This document shows positions 1-10,583 of a stretch of DNA of 64,000 nt, in pieces. A model generated the notes under the pieces. That model was not told where the DNA came from. It worked only from the letters and a program-made list of their open reading frames with translations, and ran no database searches. The stretch covers positions 3,040,001 through 3,104,000 of the forward strand of contig AP038806.1 of NCBI GenBank assembly GCA_047150005.1. The letters are read 5' to 3'. Made by a program: the position numbers and the translations under genes. The DNA comes from Nitrospira sp. Lineage in GTDB: Bacteria > Nitrospirota > Nitrospiria > Nitrospirales > Nitrospiraceae. Within the stretch, counting starts at the first letter, position 1, and each line of letters opens with the position of its first letter.

Positions 1-326
1 GGCCGTATGCCGGTTCGTCTTACAGCAACGCGTGTTTGACCCCCTACCGCTTTGGGCTGTCGCTTGAAGGTGTACCGAATCCTGGACTACACTACCGCCC
101 GAGGTTTCAGGTCGTACGACCCGGCGCACAGTATTCATGACGGTTCGTCGCGAAATTTCGGAGTCCCGTTGCGAGACGGGCGCGTGGGCCGTGAGGGAGG
201 GAGGCATACTTGAAACAGCCTGTTGACCGAACCGAACGGCGAGCCCGCCGGCCACACCAAGCTTCGCATGAGCCGCCGCGTTCGATCCAGTCGCGGCGGA
301 GAGGTTTGTGGCGCGAGGTGACTGCC

Positions 327-704
327 ATGAAGACCACGATCGTTGCCGCACTCGCGGGACTGATGTTGTTGGGGACCGCCTGTACGATCTTGGTCTCCAA
401 GGAGACCCGATATCTCAAAGCCGCGAAAGACCACGCCACTCAAGAACAAGTGCACACGCGCCTCGGTGAGCCGAAATTCACGGCTACAACGGAAGACGGC
501 GAACCCATTTGGGTCTATCAAGTGATGTGGGTCGATACCGGCGTCAACAATCAGTGGGGTACACCGGGCGCTTGGTGCGACGAGTACGTACTGACCTTCG
601 ACAAACAGGGGATTCTGAGAGATTGGACGCACAAGTCGGAGGGGCACGGAGGTGAGACCATGCCGACGTACTGTGTGAAAGGCGGGTTCAAGCCTCCGGC
701 CTAA
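327..704 (+). CDS. Small lipoprotein, SmpA/BamE-like fold likely
   Basis: GAGG upstream of ATG327; signal peptide with lipobox-like GTAC; pattern TQEQVHTRLGEP...WVY. Confidence 0.6.
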   Translation: MKTTIVAALAGLMLLGTACTILVSKETRYLKAAKDHATQEQVHTRLGEPKFTATTEDGEPIWVYQVMWVDTGVNNQWGTPGAWCDEYVLTFDKQGILRDWTHKSEGHGGETMPTYCVKGGFKPPA

Positions 705-725
705 GAGATTCGAAGCCGGATTGTC

Positions 726-1283
726 CTACTTCGGTGGAAATTTCTCGAACATCGCCGACGTGGCTTCGCGGATCTTTTCGGTGTTTTCTTCCGGATTCTG
801 ACTGACCGTGTCGCTTCCGGTGCCTCGCCAGATCATCTGTTTGTTCTTGGCGTCGAAGATATCGACATTGAGCGTTCCGGTGACAACCTTGTTCGGGGTC
901 GTCACAGACGTCCCCGAGGCCATTCCCCAGCCTCCGCCTCGTCCATACCATCCGTATCCGGGTCCCCAACCGGGACCATAGCCCACTCCCATGGATGTCG
1001 TGTTGTAGTAGATCTCCTCGCTGAGCGCCGCATGGTAGGCGACGTACATGTCGGGGTTCGTTTCTGTTTTTTGATAACCCTTGGTGGCCAGCTGGTCGTC
1101 GATCGCCTTGATGATGCGCCGGTCCACGAGATCATTATTCACCGGCGTGCCCTTTTCCCAGGCATAGGTCCGATAATGCGTGAACTCGGCGTCTCTGTCG
1201 AAGTCGATCGTCACTTGCGGCGCGCAGGCCGCCAGCGCGAACGCCAACACCAATCCGACGAATTCTCTTGTGCGACGTGACAT
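726..1283 (-). CDS. DUF4136-type lipoprotein
   Basis: Lipobox LAAC; DFD...FTHYRTYAW; GTLNVDIFDAKNKQMIWRG; ends FPPK. Confidence 0.75.
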   Translation of the reverse strand: MSRRTREFVGLVLAFALAACAPQVTIDFDRDAEFTHYRTYAWEKGTPVNNDLVDRRIIKAIDDQLATKGYQKTETNPDMYVAYHAALSEEIYYNTTSMGVGYGPGWGPGYGWYGRGGGWGMASGTSVTTPNKVVTGTLNVDIFDAKNKQMIWRGTGSDTVSQNPEENTEKIREATSAMFEKFPPK

Positions 1284-1712
1284 GAATGAGGCCTCCAGGC
1301 TGTCCGCCGAGCGGAAGTGTACCCCCGGCATAGAGAAATTCCAAGAGCGAAGAACCCTCGTCCGCGGAATTGCGGAGGCGCTCCGGATTCTGCTACAGGA
1401 AGGGCGGACATGCCTTCCGGACTGGTTCATGGAGGAGATCGGGATCATTGGCGGTGAGCATCGACATTGGGTTCTCCCTCCGGAAGAGGGGTTGCGGTTG
1501 CTGCTCCTGACCCTCTAGATTCGGCGTCGGGAAATGCCTGCGTGATCAAGGAGCGTGCCGCAGACGCTGTCGGCCTAGCGCGAGGCCAGGAAACGCTGAG
1601 GCAGCATCCGGCGATCGAATGGGTTGAGGAAGACAGGCTCATCAAGCTCTTGTAATCGAATGGGGAACGATGTGATTTATGTAGGCCGATCATTTTGGCA
1701 CAGGGGGTATTC

Positions 1713-3968
1713 ATGTTGGCTACGTTGAGGCGTCGGACGGTGCGAGTGGGTCTGGCAATGACCGCCTGTATGATGGTTATCGCGGTGGTAGCTTCCGTCG
1801 CGACGGCCGAGCCTACGAAATCTCCGTCGAGCGTTGTCTTGACTCAAGCGACGAATCCTCCGGACGAGACGATGATTTCGAGTCTGATCGTGAAACCACA
1901 AGCCGGCTCGAAGGTGGCGAGCGAGTTGGAAGCGTTCGATGCCGGCGGGCTCTCCAAAACGGCGGATGTGCCACTCTCTGTGGTCCGTCGCATGTCCGGA
2001 GGGGCATACGTGCTCAAACTGCATAAGCCGATGACCCTGTCCGAAGCGCGGGCCATTGCCGCGCGACTGATGCACGACGATCCAAGCCTGCAATATGTCG
2101 AGCCGGACCGGTCCATGCATCCGCAGACGACGCCGACCGATCCCGGTTATGTCAAGCAGTGGCATTATTTTGCGCCTGCTGACGCCACCGGCGGCGTCAA
2201 CTTGCCGACGGCGTGGGACGTTACCAAGGGCAGCAGTTCCGTCGTTGTCGCGGTGGTGGATACGGGGTATGTGCCGCACGCCGATCAGCCGGCGTCGTTG
2301 CTCCAGGGCTATGATTTCATCACCGATCCCGCGCGCGCCAACGATGGGGACGGCCGCGATAACAATCCGCAAGACGCTGGGAACTGGGTCGCGGCGAACG
2401 AATGCGGACCGGGATCACTCGCCAGGGACTCGGTGTGGCACGGCACGGGAGTGATCGGGATCATCGCGGCAAAAATGAATAATGGCCTCTTCGGCACCGG
2501 GGTGGCGCCCAATGTGACGATTCTGCCGGTGCGGGTGAGCGGGAAATGCGGGGCCGTCACGTCCGACATGGCGGACGGGATGCGTTGGGCCGCGGGGCTG
2601 GCGATGGCTGGGGTGCCAGCCAATGCGAACCCCGCAAAGATTCTCAATCTTAGCATCAGCGACCACAATGCGTGCAGCCAGACTCTTCAGGACGCCGTGA
2701 CGGACGTGATCAATGCCGGGGCCATCATCGTGGCCGCGACCGGCAATAGCAATCCAACTGGAGACACGACCGCGATCGATGAGCCGGCGAACTGTGCCGG
2801 GGTGATCGGCGTGGCGGCGAACGCGATCGACGGCGATCTGGCCTATTACTCCAATGTCAGCGGACTGGTAGCCATCACCGCCCCGGGCGGATTGTGCGGA
2901 AAGCTCACGGCGGGGAACAACTGTACGGATTTCGTCACGTCCAACGGGCTGGGCACCTATACCATCTACAACACCGGCACCACGAGTCCGGTGGCCAGCC
3001 CAGGGGGGGATACGTCGATTGACGGCTCCGGCACCAGTAGCGCGACCCCCCATGTCTCGGGAGTGGCGGCCCTCCTCCTGTCCGTCAACCCCTTGCTGAC
3101 CCCGGCGCAACTCCGCTCGGTCTTGCAATCGTCCGCTCGGGCGTTTCCGCCCGGCTCGTCATGCGCGTCAGGCGGTAGCGTCTTCGGAAAGTGCGGCGCG
3201 GGGCTCCTCGATGCGCGCGCGGCTCTAGATAAGTTGAATGCTAGTGCGTTGCCCCCGACGGTGACGATCACGACCCCGTCGCAAGTTGTGACACCGGCCA
3301 GCTCGGTTTCGCTGGCGGGGACGGCGACGGCGGCTGCCGGAAAAAGCATCACCTCTTACCAATGGACTCAAGTGACCGGCGCCCCGGTCGGCACCATTGC
3401 CAACAGCAATACCGCCAATGCCTCCTTTACGGCGCCGACAACCGGCACCGTCACCTTTCAGCTGACCGCAACGGACAGCAGCGGGTTGACCGGGCAGGCG
3501 ACCGCGGCGGTTAGGGTGAACTCTCCGCCCGTGCTCACACCGGTTGGATCCAAGACCGTCGCCGAAGGAAATGCCCTAAACTTTACTGTAGGTGCCACAG
3601 ACGCCGACGGTGATGCGCCGACTTTCGTTGCGGTGCCGCCGCTGCCCCCGGGGTCAACGTTGAGTGCCGCAGGGCAATTCAGTTGGCCTTCAGCCACTCC
3701 GGCCGGCAATTACACCCTGACCTATTTTGCGCGAGACAACGATGCCAACAGCGCTCAGGGCACGGTCAACATTACTGTTCAAGCCGGTTCTTCCGGTCCT
3801 CCTGTCCCTCCCGTGCCTGCAGCGTCTCCGGCTCCTGCCAGTGATGGCGGGGGCGGCGGGTGCACCTTGAGCGCAAACGGCAGCATGGACATGATGTTGC
3901 CGATGTTGGTCCTTCTCGCTGTTGGTCTCTGGGCTCAGCGGTTCAAGAACAGAATCGGCAGGAAGTAA
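1713..3968 (+). CDS. Subtilisin-like S8 serine peptidase with Ig/PKD-like domains and a JDVT-CTERM-like sorting tail
   Basis: Catalytic motifs VAVVDTG, WHGTGVIG, GTSSATPHVSG; C-terminal GGGGGC + TM helix + basic tail; start uncertain (1695/1713). Confidence 0.9.
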   Translation: MLATLRRRTVRVGLAMTACMMVIAVVASVATAEPTKSPSSVVLTQATNPPDETMISSLIVKPQAGSKVASELEAFDAGGLSKTADVPLSVVRRMSGGAYVLKLHKPMTLSEARAIAARLMHDDPSLQYVEPDRSMHPQTTPTDPGYVKQWHYFAPADATGGVNLPTAWDVTKGSSSVVVAVVDTGYVPHADQPASLLQGYDFITDPARANDGDGRDNNPQDAGNWVAANECGPGSLARDSVWHGTGVIGIIAAKMNNGLFGTGVAPNVTILPVRVSGKCGAVTSDMADGMRWAAGLAMAGVPANANPAKILNLSISDHNACSQTLQDAVTDVINAGAIIVAATGNSNPTGDTTAIDEPANCAGVIGVAANAIDGDLAYYSNVSGLVAITAPGGLCGKLTAGNNCTDFVTSNGLGTYTIYNTGTTSPVASPGGDTSIDGSGTSSATPHVSGVAALLLSVNPLLTPAQLRSVLQSSARAFPPGSSCASGGSVFGKCGAGLLDARAALDKLNASALPPTVTITTPSQVVTPASSVSLAGTATAAAGKSITSYQWTQVTGAPVGTIANSNTANASFTAPTTGTVTFQLTATDSSGLTGQATAAVRVNSPPVLTPVGSKTVAEGNALNFTVGATDADGDAPTFVAVPPLPPGSTLSAAGQFSWPSATPAGNYTLTYFARDNDANSAQGTVNITVQAGSSGPPVPPVPAASPAPASDGGGGGCTLSANGSMDMMLPMLVLLAVGLWAQRFKNRIGRK

Positions 3969-4047
3969 GTGTCCGAGTGCCCGGAGGTTCCTTCGGCCAA
4001 GCCGAAGGAACCTCCGGCGCCGTTCGCCACACAGGACCCCGAGAGTT

Positions 4048-4506
4048 GTGCTCAATCTGCTCGGACTTGATCGTTGTCCCACTTTTTATCGGGACGCTGT
4101 CTTTCTGCTGGCGGCGGCTGGAGGGCCGGTATTTTGGGCGGCCTTGGCGCTCACAGCGCCTATTCAGCCCCTCCACTGGTCTCGTCTCTGGTCTTTGCCG
4201 TTTCTGACGGTCGGTGTCTGGCTGCCGATAGTCGAAGAACTTCTCTTCCGGGGGTTGATTCAGGGGCGACTCATTCAATGTTCATGGGGGCGGCGTGCCA
4301 TGCATGAAGTGACGTTGGCAAACGGTGTCACGTCAGTACTGTTCGTGGCCGGCCATTGGTTCACCCATCCGCCCCTCTGGGCATTGTCTATCCTGATTCC
4401 GTCTTTGATGTTCGGATTCTTGCGGGATCGTTTCCAGAGCACCTATCCCTCCGTCGTGCTCCATAGTTTCTACAACAGTGGATATTTCATCGTGGCAGGA
4501 GTGTAA
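4048..4506 (+). CDS. CPBP/CAAX glutamic intramembrane protease (MrtJ-like, JDVT-CTERM system)
   Basis: EELLFRG, FVAGH and HSFYN motifs; directly after the CTERM-bearing protease; start uncertain. Confidence 0.8.
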   Translation: MLNLLGLDRCPTFYRDAVFLLAAAGGPVFWAALALTAPIQPLHWSRLWSLPFLTVGVWLPIVEELLFRGLIQGRLIQCSWGRRAMHEVTLANGVTSVLFVAGHWFTHPPLWALSILIPSLMFGFLRDRFQSTYPSVVLHSFYNSGYFIVAGV

Positions 4507-4557
4507 CCTGACGCCGAGGCAGAGCACAGGTAGGGCTTGCCGTCCTGAGGTCGTGTG

Positions 4558-5589
4558 TCAAATTCGCCGGACTTCCACCGTTTCTACCTCGGCGATAATC
4601 GTATGCAATCCACTCGCTCCCGCCGGTTGCGGGCGTACGATTTCCGCAATCTGCAATTGACCCTTCGTGTCCGTCGCCCGGACCACCGTTTGAAATTTGC
4701 CCTGCTTGGTCGGCTTCCATGTGTAGTTCCAGATGACCCAGGAGTAGGGCGACATCGGCGGTTCGATCTGACATTCATTCCACGTGCGAGCGGCGTCGAA
4801 GCTGATTTCGACTTTGCCGATGGAATTCGGCCCTCCGAAGGCAATGCCGCGGAATTTCTGCTCCGGCCCTCGAAGCGTCTGGTAGTGTCCCGGTGAATCG
4901 ATCCGGGAAAAAATCTTGATCGTGCCGTCGTCGGTCCAGCCTTTCCGCTGCCAGTAGCCTAGGTGGTCACCCGGATAGACTTCGATTTCGACGATCCATT
5001 TGACGTTCTTGATCCCATAGAGACCGGGCACGAGCAGGCGGAGGGGAAAGCCGTGCTCTTTCGGCAGCTTTTCACCGTTCATCAGAAAGGCGAGCATGGT
5101 GTCGTCCTGCATCGCCCGCGTGAACGGGATGCTGTCGTCGTACCCGTCGATGCCGCGAAAAATGACGTCCCGCGCGGTCTCTTCGTCCGCACCGGCCTCT
5201 TGCAGCAGCTTCTTGAGCGAGATCCCTCTCCACGTCGCATTGCCCATGCTGTCGCCCCCCGGCAGCGTGTCGATGCACATCAGCGTGGAGATCTGATCGT
5301 AGGAGTCGCGATTCAGGATGTCGCGCCAGCCGAGCGACAGGGGTGTCTTGACCTGGCCCTTGACGGTCAGTTTCCACTGCTCGATGTTAACTTCTCTCGA
5401 CATCGACACTGCGGAGTCGGCGTAGTTGACGACGTAGAACTTGCCGTTCGGGGTGAAATAAGTCGTCTCGCGCGGCGGGATCGCGAACATGCGGCCGAAA
5501 ATGCCGCCGACTTCGTTGCAGCCGCCGGTCATGCCGGCGAGGGCTCCCAGTCCCGCTGCCTTGAGTATGGTTCGACGAGAAAACGGCAT
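4558..5589 (-). CDS. Sulfite oxidase family molybdopterin oxidoreductase, Tat-exported
   Basis: SRRTILK Tat motif; TLMCID Mo-ligand Cys; HGFPLRLLVPGLYGIKNVKW; C-terminal dimerisation domain. Confidence 0.85.
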   Translation of the reverse strand: MPFSRRTILKAAGLGALAGMTGGCNEVGGIFGRMFAIPPRETTYFTPNGKFYVVNYADSAVSMSREVNIEQWKLTVKGQVKTPLSLGWRDILNRDSYDQISTLMCIDTLPGGDSMGNATWRGISLKKLLQEAGADEETARDVIFRGIDGYDDSIPFTRAMQDDTMLAFLMNGEKLPKEHGFPLRLLVPGLYGIKNVKWIVEIEVYPGDHLGYWQRKGWTDDGTIKIFSRIDSPGHYQTLRGPEQKFRGIAFGGPNSIGKVEISFDAARTWNECQIEPPMSPYSWVIWNYTWKPTKQGKFQTVVRATDTKGQLQIAEIVRPQPAGASGLHTIIAEVETVEVRRI

Positions 5590-5676
5590 GCTGTTTCCAG
5601 AGAACGCTGACCTCAATACCGTATTATCGTACAGGAAGAAGAGCGACGCAATGCGACCGTGCCTGTCGAAGTCGCT

Positions 5677-5705
5677 TGACTCATCTCGGAGGACTCACTA
5701 GAGTA
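5677..5705 (+). promoter_or_regulatory. Putative sigma70 promoter of the Rieske operon
   Basis: TTGACT-N17-TAGAGT. Confidence 0.45.
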
Positions 5706-5725
5706 CCGTCGGTGCCGATCACGCG

Positions 5726-6274
5726 ATGCCTGCTCTCGAGCCACATCCGTCCGATACATCAGGATTATCCACTCCCGCCGGGACACGGCGGCGATTCTTT
5801 CAGTGGGTCACCCGAGCTGCGGCCGGACTGATCGGTCTGAGTCTTGCCGTTCCTCTCGTCGGCTACGTGATTTCTCCCGCATTCAAGCGGCGCGCTCAGT
5901 CGTGGGTTGATGTCGCGGCGCTCGATGACCTCTCCGTCGGGAAACCCAAGCAAGTAGACTACGTGGCGACCGTGCAGGACGGCTACTTGGAAACGAAGAC
6001 TCAAAAGGCGGTCTGGGCCGTCAAACAAGGGGATGGTCACGTGACGGTGTTTTCTCCCATGTGTACCCATCTGGGGTGCGGGTATCACTGGGCCGAGGGC
6101 GAACAGAAGTTCAAATGCCCCTGTCACGGAAGTGTCTACGATGTGACCGGCCAGGTGGTCGCGGGACCGGCCCCGCGACCACTGGATACCTTGCCTGTCA
6201 AGACGGAGAACGGACGACTCCTTGTCATGTACAAGGAATTCAAGTCCGGGATCACGGGAAAAATTGAATTGTAG
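5726..6274 (+). CDS. Rieske 2Fe-2S subunit of a cytochrome bc complex
   Basis: TRRRFF Tat motif, CTHLGC, CPCHGS, GPAPRPL. Confidence 0.9.
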   Translation: MPALEPHPSDTSGLSTPAGTRRRFFQWVTRAAAGLIGLSLAVPLVGYVISPAFKRRAQSWVDVAALDDLSVGKPKQVDYVATVQDGYLETKTQKAVWAVKQGDGHVTVFSPMCTHLGCGYHWAEGEQKFKCPCHGSVYDVTGQVVAGPAPRPLDTLPVKTENGRLLVMYKEFKSGITGKIEL

Positions 6275-6317
6275 TACGCTGCCGCACGAAGCCCACTCAC
6301 TGAGGAGATATGCCCAG

Positions 6318-6674
6318 ATGAAACGAGCGTCCTCTGTCGCGATCCTGTTCGTGTGCGTGGTGTGGGTTCCGTTGTTGGTGCAGGTGCGACCAGTCGACGC
6401 CGCTGGAGACGCGTCGAAGGGAAAACCCCTCTACGAGAAGCATTGCCTGGTCTGTCATGGGCTGCAGGGAAAGGGTGACGGACCGACGGGCACGCTGATC
6501 AAGCCGCCTGCCGCGAACTTTACCAGCGAGGCCAGTAAGAAAAAGACCGAGGCCGAATTGCTGGGCACGATGGAGAACGGAAGGCCGGGCACCGCCATGG
6601 GGCCGTGGAAGGGTCTGCTCTCCCCATCCGACCTAAGGGACGTGCTGGCGTACGTGATGGCGCTGAGAAAATAG
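6318..6674 (+). CDS. Monoheme cytochrome c
   Basis: Signal peptide, CLVCH, GRPGTAM. Confidence 0.85.
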   Translation: MKRASSVAILFVCVVWVPLLVQVRPVDAAGDASKGKPLYEKHCLVCHGLQGKGDGPTGTLIKPPAANFTSEASKKKTEAELLGTMENGRPGTAMGPWKGLLSPSDLRDVLAYVMALRK

Positions 6675-6696
6675 TCCCGGATTTTTGGGGGAACCG

Positions 6697-8025
6697 ATGG
6701 CCTCCCGCATCTACGCCTGGTTGGACAGCCGGCTCAACTTACAGGCGGTTGAACACTCGCTCCTGAACGAACCGATTCCGGGCGGAGCCAGCTGGATTTA
6801 CGTCTTCGGCTCGGCCACGCTGTTTCTCTTCGTCCTCCAAGCAGTCACCGGGATGTTTCTGGCGATCTACTACGCCCCGACCCCCGACCATGCCTACGAC
6901 AGCGTGCAGTTCATCGAAAATCAGGTGACCTTCGGCTGGTTCGTCCGCGGACTGCATCACTGGGGCGCATCCGGCATGGTGATGGCGGTCGGGCTCCACA
7001 TGCTCCAGGTGTTCCTCTACGGAGCGTTCAAGCCTCCCCGGGAAATGATGTGGATGGTCGGGGTGGTGCTCCTGCTCCTCGTGCTGGGGTTCGCCTTCAC
7101 CGGCTATCTCCTTCCGTGGGATCAGACGGCCTACTGGGCGACGCAGGTGGGCATCAACATGGTCGGTACGGTTCCATTGGTCGGCGACTTCCTCGTGAAG
7201 GTCATGCGAGGGGGAGAGCAGCTGGGAGCCCTGACTCTTTCTCGATTCTTCGCCGTTCACGTGCTGTTTCTGCCGGCAGTCATCGTGACCGGCATCATGC
7301 TGCACCTCTTCATTCTCCGGCGGGTCGGTCCGGCCGGTCCCTGGGACGAGAAGAAAGCCGCATTGGGTAGCGAAACGTTCTATCCCAGGCAAGTCTACAT
7401 GGATGCGGTGGTGATGGTCGGCGTCTTCACGGTCTTGGTGCTGCTGGCCTACCTGGTTCCTTTTCCCTTGGCCGACAAGGCCAATCCGTCCGATACGAGC
7501 TTCGTTCCGGTGCCCGAATGGTATTTCCTGTTTTATTACGAATTGCTGAAACACGTGCACGGACCGCTGGAGCCGTTTGCCACCTGGGTCTTGCCCGCCT
7601 TGTTCGTGCTCGTCCTGCTGCTCTGGCCGTTTCTGGATTGGCAAAAGACCGTGCGGGCTCCGGCGTCACGACCGGTCGGAATGGCGCTCGGCGCCCTGTT
7701 TTTGCTGGTGGTCTTTTCGCTCCTCGGTGTGTCGTTGAAAAATCTCTATGGAGTCAAAAAGGCCGACCCGTCGGTCGCGCACGGCCAAGCGCTGTTTGCA
7801 AACTTCGGCTGCGCCGGCTGTCACCGAATTCATGGAACAGGCGGAGCCATCGGTCCGGACCTGTCGTACGTCGGCGACGAGCGTCCCGACCGAGCCTGGC
7901 ACCTGAAACACTTCCGCGACCCTCAATCCGTATCGCCGGGATCGATCATGCCGAAGTTCCCGCTGACGGAGCAGGAACTTCACGATCTCACCAGTTACAT
8001 GCTGAGTCTCAGGAAGACGGCGTAA
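6697..8025 (+). CDS. Cytochrome b fused to a C-terminal cytochrome c
   Basis: RGLHHWGAS, GYLLPWDQ, PEWY; C-terminal CAGCH...SIMP. Confidence 0.9.
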   Translation: MASRIYAWLDSRLNLQAVEHSLLNEPIPGGASWIYVFGSATLFLFVLQAVTGMFLAIYYAPTPDHAYDSVQFIENQVTFGWFVRGLHHWGASGMVMAVGLHMLQVFLYGAFKPPREMMWMVGVVLLLLVLGFAFTGYLLPWDQTAYWATQVGINMVGTVPLVGDFLVKVMRGGEQLGALTLSRFFAVHVLFLPAVIVTGIMLHLFILRRVGPAGPWDEKKAALGSETFYPRQVYMDAVVMVGVFTVLVLLAYLVPFPLADKANPSDTSFVPVPEWYFLFYYELLKHVHGPLEPFATWVLPALFVLVLLLWPFLDWQKTVRAPASRPVGMALGALFLLVVFSLLGVSLKNLYGVKKADPSVAHGQALFANFGCAGCHRIHGTGGAIGPDLSYVGDERPDRAWHLKHFRDPQSVSPGSIMPKFPLTEQELHDLTSYMLSLRKTA

Positions 8026-8176
8026 CGATCTCAACGCCGTGTTCTGAAGTCACCAGTCCGAATGGAGAATGCGGAGCTTGCCCAATACAGGAGTGTGCGA
8101 TGCCATACGACCTGGATCTTGTGGATCAGGAGACCATCATGACCGCGCCGGATGACACGATGAAGAGGGGGATCAC

Positions 8177-8509
8177 ATGTTCAAGCGAGGAGGATCAAGA
8201 GCACCCCAGGGCCCCGTGCGCATAGCAGGCGTGTTATGGTGCGCGCTCGCGCTCCCGGCCGCCGTCGGTGCGGCGGCGGATCCCGCCGCGCCCGCGTCCA
8301 AGCCAGCCGGCGAACAGTCGCCGGAACAAGCGGCCGGCGGTCGGGAGCATCTCAATCGATTGAGAGGCGCCTGTGGAGAGGACGCCAAACATCACTGCAA
8401 AGGCGTCCTGCCGGGAGGCGGGCGGATCATCAAGTGTCTGCGGGAGCATGAATCGGAACTGACATCCGGCTGTCGCGAAGCGATGCAGCCCGCACCTGCG
8501 AAACCGTAA
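8177..8509 (+). CDS. Secreted small Cys-rich repeat protein
   Basis: Signal peptide; ACGEDAKHHC...GGGRIIKCL...LTSGC. Confidence 0.65.
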   Translation: MFKRGGSRAPQGPVRIAGVLWCALALPAAVGAAADPAAPASKPAGEQSPEQAAGGREHLNRLRGACGEDAKHHCKGVLPGGGRIIKCLREHESELTSGCREAMQPAPAKP

Positions 8510-8518
8510 GGCCACGGG

Positions 8519-9229
8519 CTAGTCCGGCGACGCACAATTCTGCGCCTGACGCTCTTGGCACAGGCGATATCTGGCCTTCTTCACCCAATAGGCGAGCGCC
8601 TTGTGGACGTCGTCCCAGGAGTCGAAGGAATCGGCGTCGAGACGTTTTTTCCCCACGCGTCGATCGGCGGATGCACCCAGCACCTCGCCCGTCTGAGAGT
8701 CCGAGAGCTTCAGTTCAAGGCTTGCGTCGCCGACGAACAGCGGTTTGCCGGTTCCAATGTTTTTCAGCATCGACGCCACCGCAAAGGCGTTCATCGGTGC
8801 GGGAACCGTCGAGACCGCCCGAAGGACGACGTAGGCCGGATCGGCCCTGGTGATCGCGACCTGCGCGTGCAACGTGCCCGGTCCCGGCTCCGAGGCCATC
8901 TCATAATCTTGAGACATGCTGTCATAGGCCAGGGTGTAGAGCAGATCGGCGATTTTTTGTGCACGGGCTTGGCGATCCGGATCCGTCGTCGGGGGACCCC
9001 AGACCTGCACGTGATCCAGCAGCATCTTTTTGTACGTGCCGCGCGGGATTGTCGCGACCTTGGGATTCTTATAGAGCAACAATGCCTCTCCGTCCTCACC
9101 CTTGTGCATCAACGGGTAGATCGTGCCGAGAAAGCCGGAGGTCTCAACGGAACGCGCTTGCTTCGTCGGTGAGCAGGCGGCCAGCAGCGCCGCAAACACC
9201 AAGAACAGGATCGAAGAGAATCTGAGCAT
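8519..9229 (-). CDS. DUF3313-type lipoprotein
   Basis: Lipobox LAAC; SGFLG; DSQTGEVLGASADRR. Confidence 0.7.
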   Translation of the reverse strand: MLRFSSILFLVFAALLAACSPTKQARSVETSGFLGTIYPLMHKGEDGEALLLYKNPKVATIPRGTYKKMLLDHVQVWGPPTTDPDRQARAQKIADLLYTLAYDSMSQDYEMASEPGPGTLHAQVAITRADPAYVVLRAVSTVPAPMNAFAVASMLKNIGTGKPLFVGDASLELKLSDSQTGEVLGASADRRVGKKRLDADSFDSWDDVHKALAYWVKKARYRLCQERQAQNCASPD

Positions 9230-9377
9230 CGAGGCCTCCGGGTTGTGGTGCGGAGCAGACGGTGGGAGGGAAGCCTACGGCAGGACACCCGCGATAGCAA
9301 GCCCCGATCTTGACGGTGTGATTAGGGCAATTGTATAAGTAAAGCCCTTCCCAAAAACGAGAGAAGGACCTGCCGTC

Positions 9378-10583
9378 TTGGCGCGTTCACGCTTCTTAGA
9401 ATTCCTTCCTTCCGGTGCCTGCTTCATGACGATCGTTTGCCTTGCCGCGTGGGCAGCCTCGGGCTGCGAGCGCAAGGATGCGGTGTCGGCGCTCGCTCCC
9501 GACGTCCTGGTGACTGAGGTGGTCCGGCGGGACGTGCCGATTTACGCGGAAGGAGTCGGTACGACAGCCGGCACGATCGACGCGCAGATCCGGGCCAAGG
9601 TTCAGGGCTATCTGCTTACGCGCAATTACGTCGAAGGCTCCTTCGTCAGAGCCGGAGAGCTGTTGTTCAAGATCGACGCGCGGCCCTACCAGGCAACCTT
9701 CGATCAGCAGCGGGGCGAACTCGCCAGGGCGGAAGCAGCCTACAAAAAGACGCAAATGGACGTGGCGCGGGACACCCCCCTTGCCAAGCAAGGGGCGGTC
9801 AGCCAGAAGGAATTGGACGATTCCATTCAAGCCAACGAGGCCAACAAGGCCACCGTGTTCGCCGCCAAAGCCAACCTCGAAAAAGCCAAGCTGAACCTGG
9901 ATTGGACCAGCATCGCCTCGCCGGTCGACGGTGTGGCCGGCGTCGCGAGTGCGCAAATCGGCGACCTGATCATGGAGAACACCGTCTTGACCACGGTGTC
10001 TCAGGTGGATCCGATCAAGGTGCTCTTCCCCATCAGCGAAAAAATGTACCTCCGCTTTGCGGAACGCATCCAGAAGGCGGTTGCCAATCCGACCGGAGAT
10101 CAGCGGTCTCCCGCGCCGCTGGAACTCATCCTCGCGGACGGAACCGTCTATGCCCACAAGGGCAAGGCGGCCCTTCCAGATCGGCAGGTCGACGTCAAGA
10201 CCGGAACCATCACGATCGTCAGCTATTTCCCGAATCCCGGCAACGTGCTCCGCCCCGGCCAGTATGCGAAGGTTCGCGCGGTCGTGGAAACGGTCCGGGA
10301 CGCGTTACTGGTGCCGCAGCGCGCGGTTCAGGAACTCCAGGGCATCTACCAAGTGGCGGTCGTCGACGCGGAAAACAAGATTGCCGTCCGGACCGTCAAA
10401 GCGGGAGCCAGGATCGGGAGCCAGTGGGTGATCACGTCCGGTCTGAACCAGGGAGAGCAGGTGGTGGTCGAAGGACTCCAGAAAGTCCGCAGTGGCCTCG
10501 TGGTCTCCCCGAAACCCGTCCCGCCTGAACCGGCTTCCACCGATCCGGACCGGCAGCCCGCGCCGCCGGCCGCCGGTACCTAA
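9378..10583 (+). CDS. RND periplasmic adaptor (membrane fusion protein)
   Basis: IRAKVQGYL, SPVDG, LRPGQY, VPQRAV; start 9378 or 9426. Confidence 0.9.
   Translation: MARSRFLEFLPSGACFMTIVCLAAWAASGCERKDAVSALAPDVLVTEVVRRDVPIYAEGVGTTAGTIDAQIRAKVQGYLLTRNYVEGSFVRAGELLFKIDARPYQATFDQQRGELARAEAAYKKTQMDVARDTPLAKQGAVSQKELDDSIQANEANKATVFAAKANLEKAKLNLDWTSIASPVDGVAGVASAQIGDLIMENTVLTTVSQVDPIKVLFPISEKMYLRFAERIQKAVANPTGDQRSPAPLELILADGTVYAHKGKAALPDRQVDVKTGTITIVSYFPNPGNVLRPGQYAKVRAVVETVRDALLVPQRAVQELQGIYQVAVVDAENKIAVRTVKAGARIGSQWVITSGLNQGEQVVVEGLQKVRSGLVVSPKPVPPEPASTDPDRQPAPPAAGT

Noticed and set aside
1467..1655. ORF ending LRQHPAIEWVEEDR, resembling an S8 propeptide
   Set aside because: Too short to support; at most a decayed fragment.
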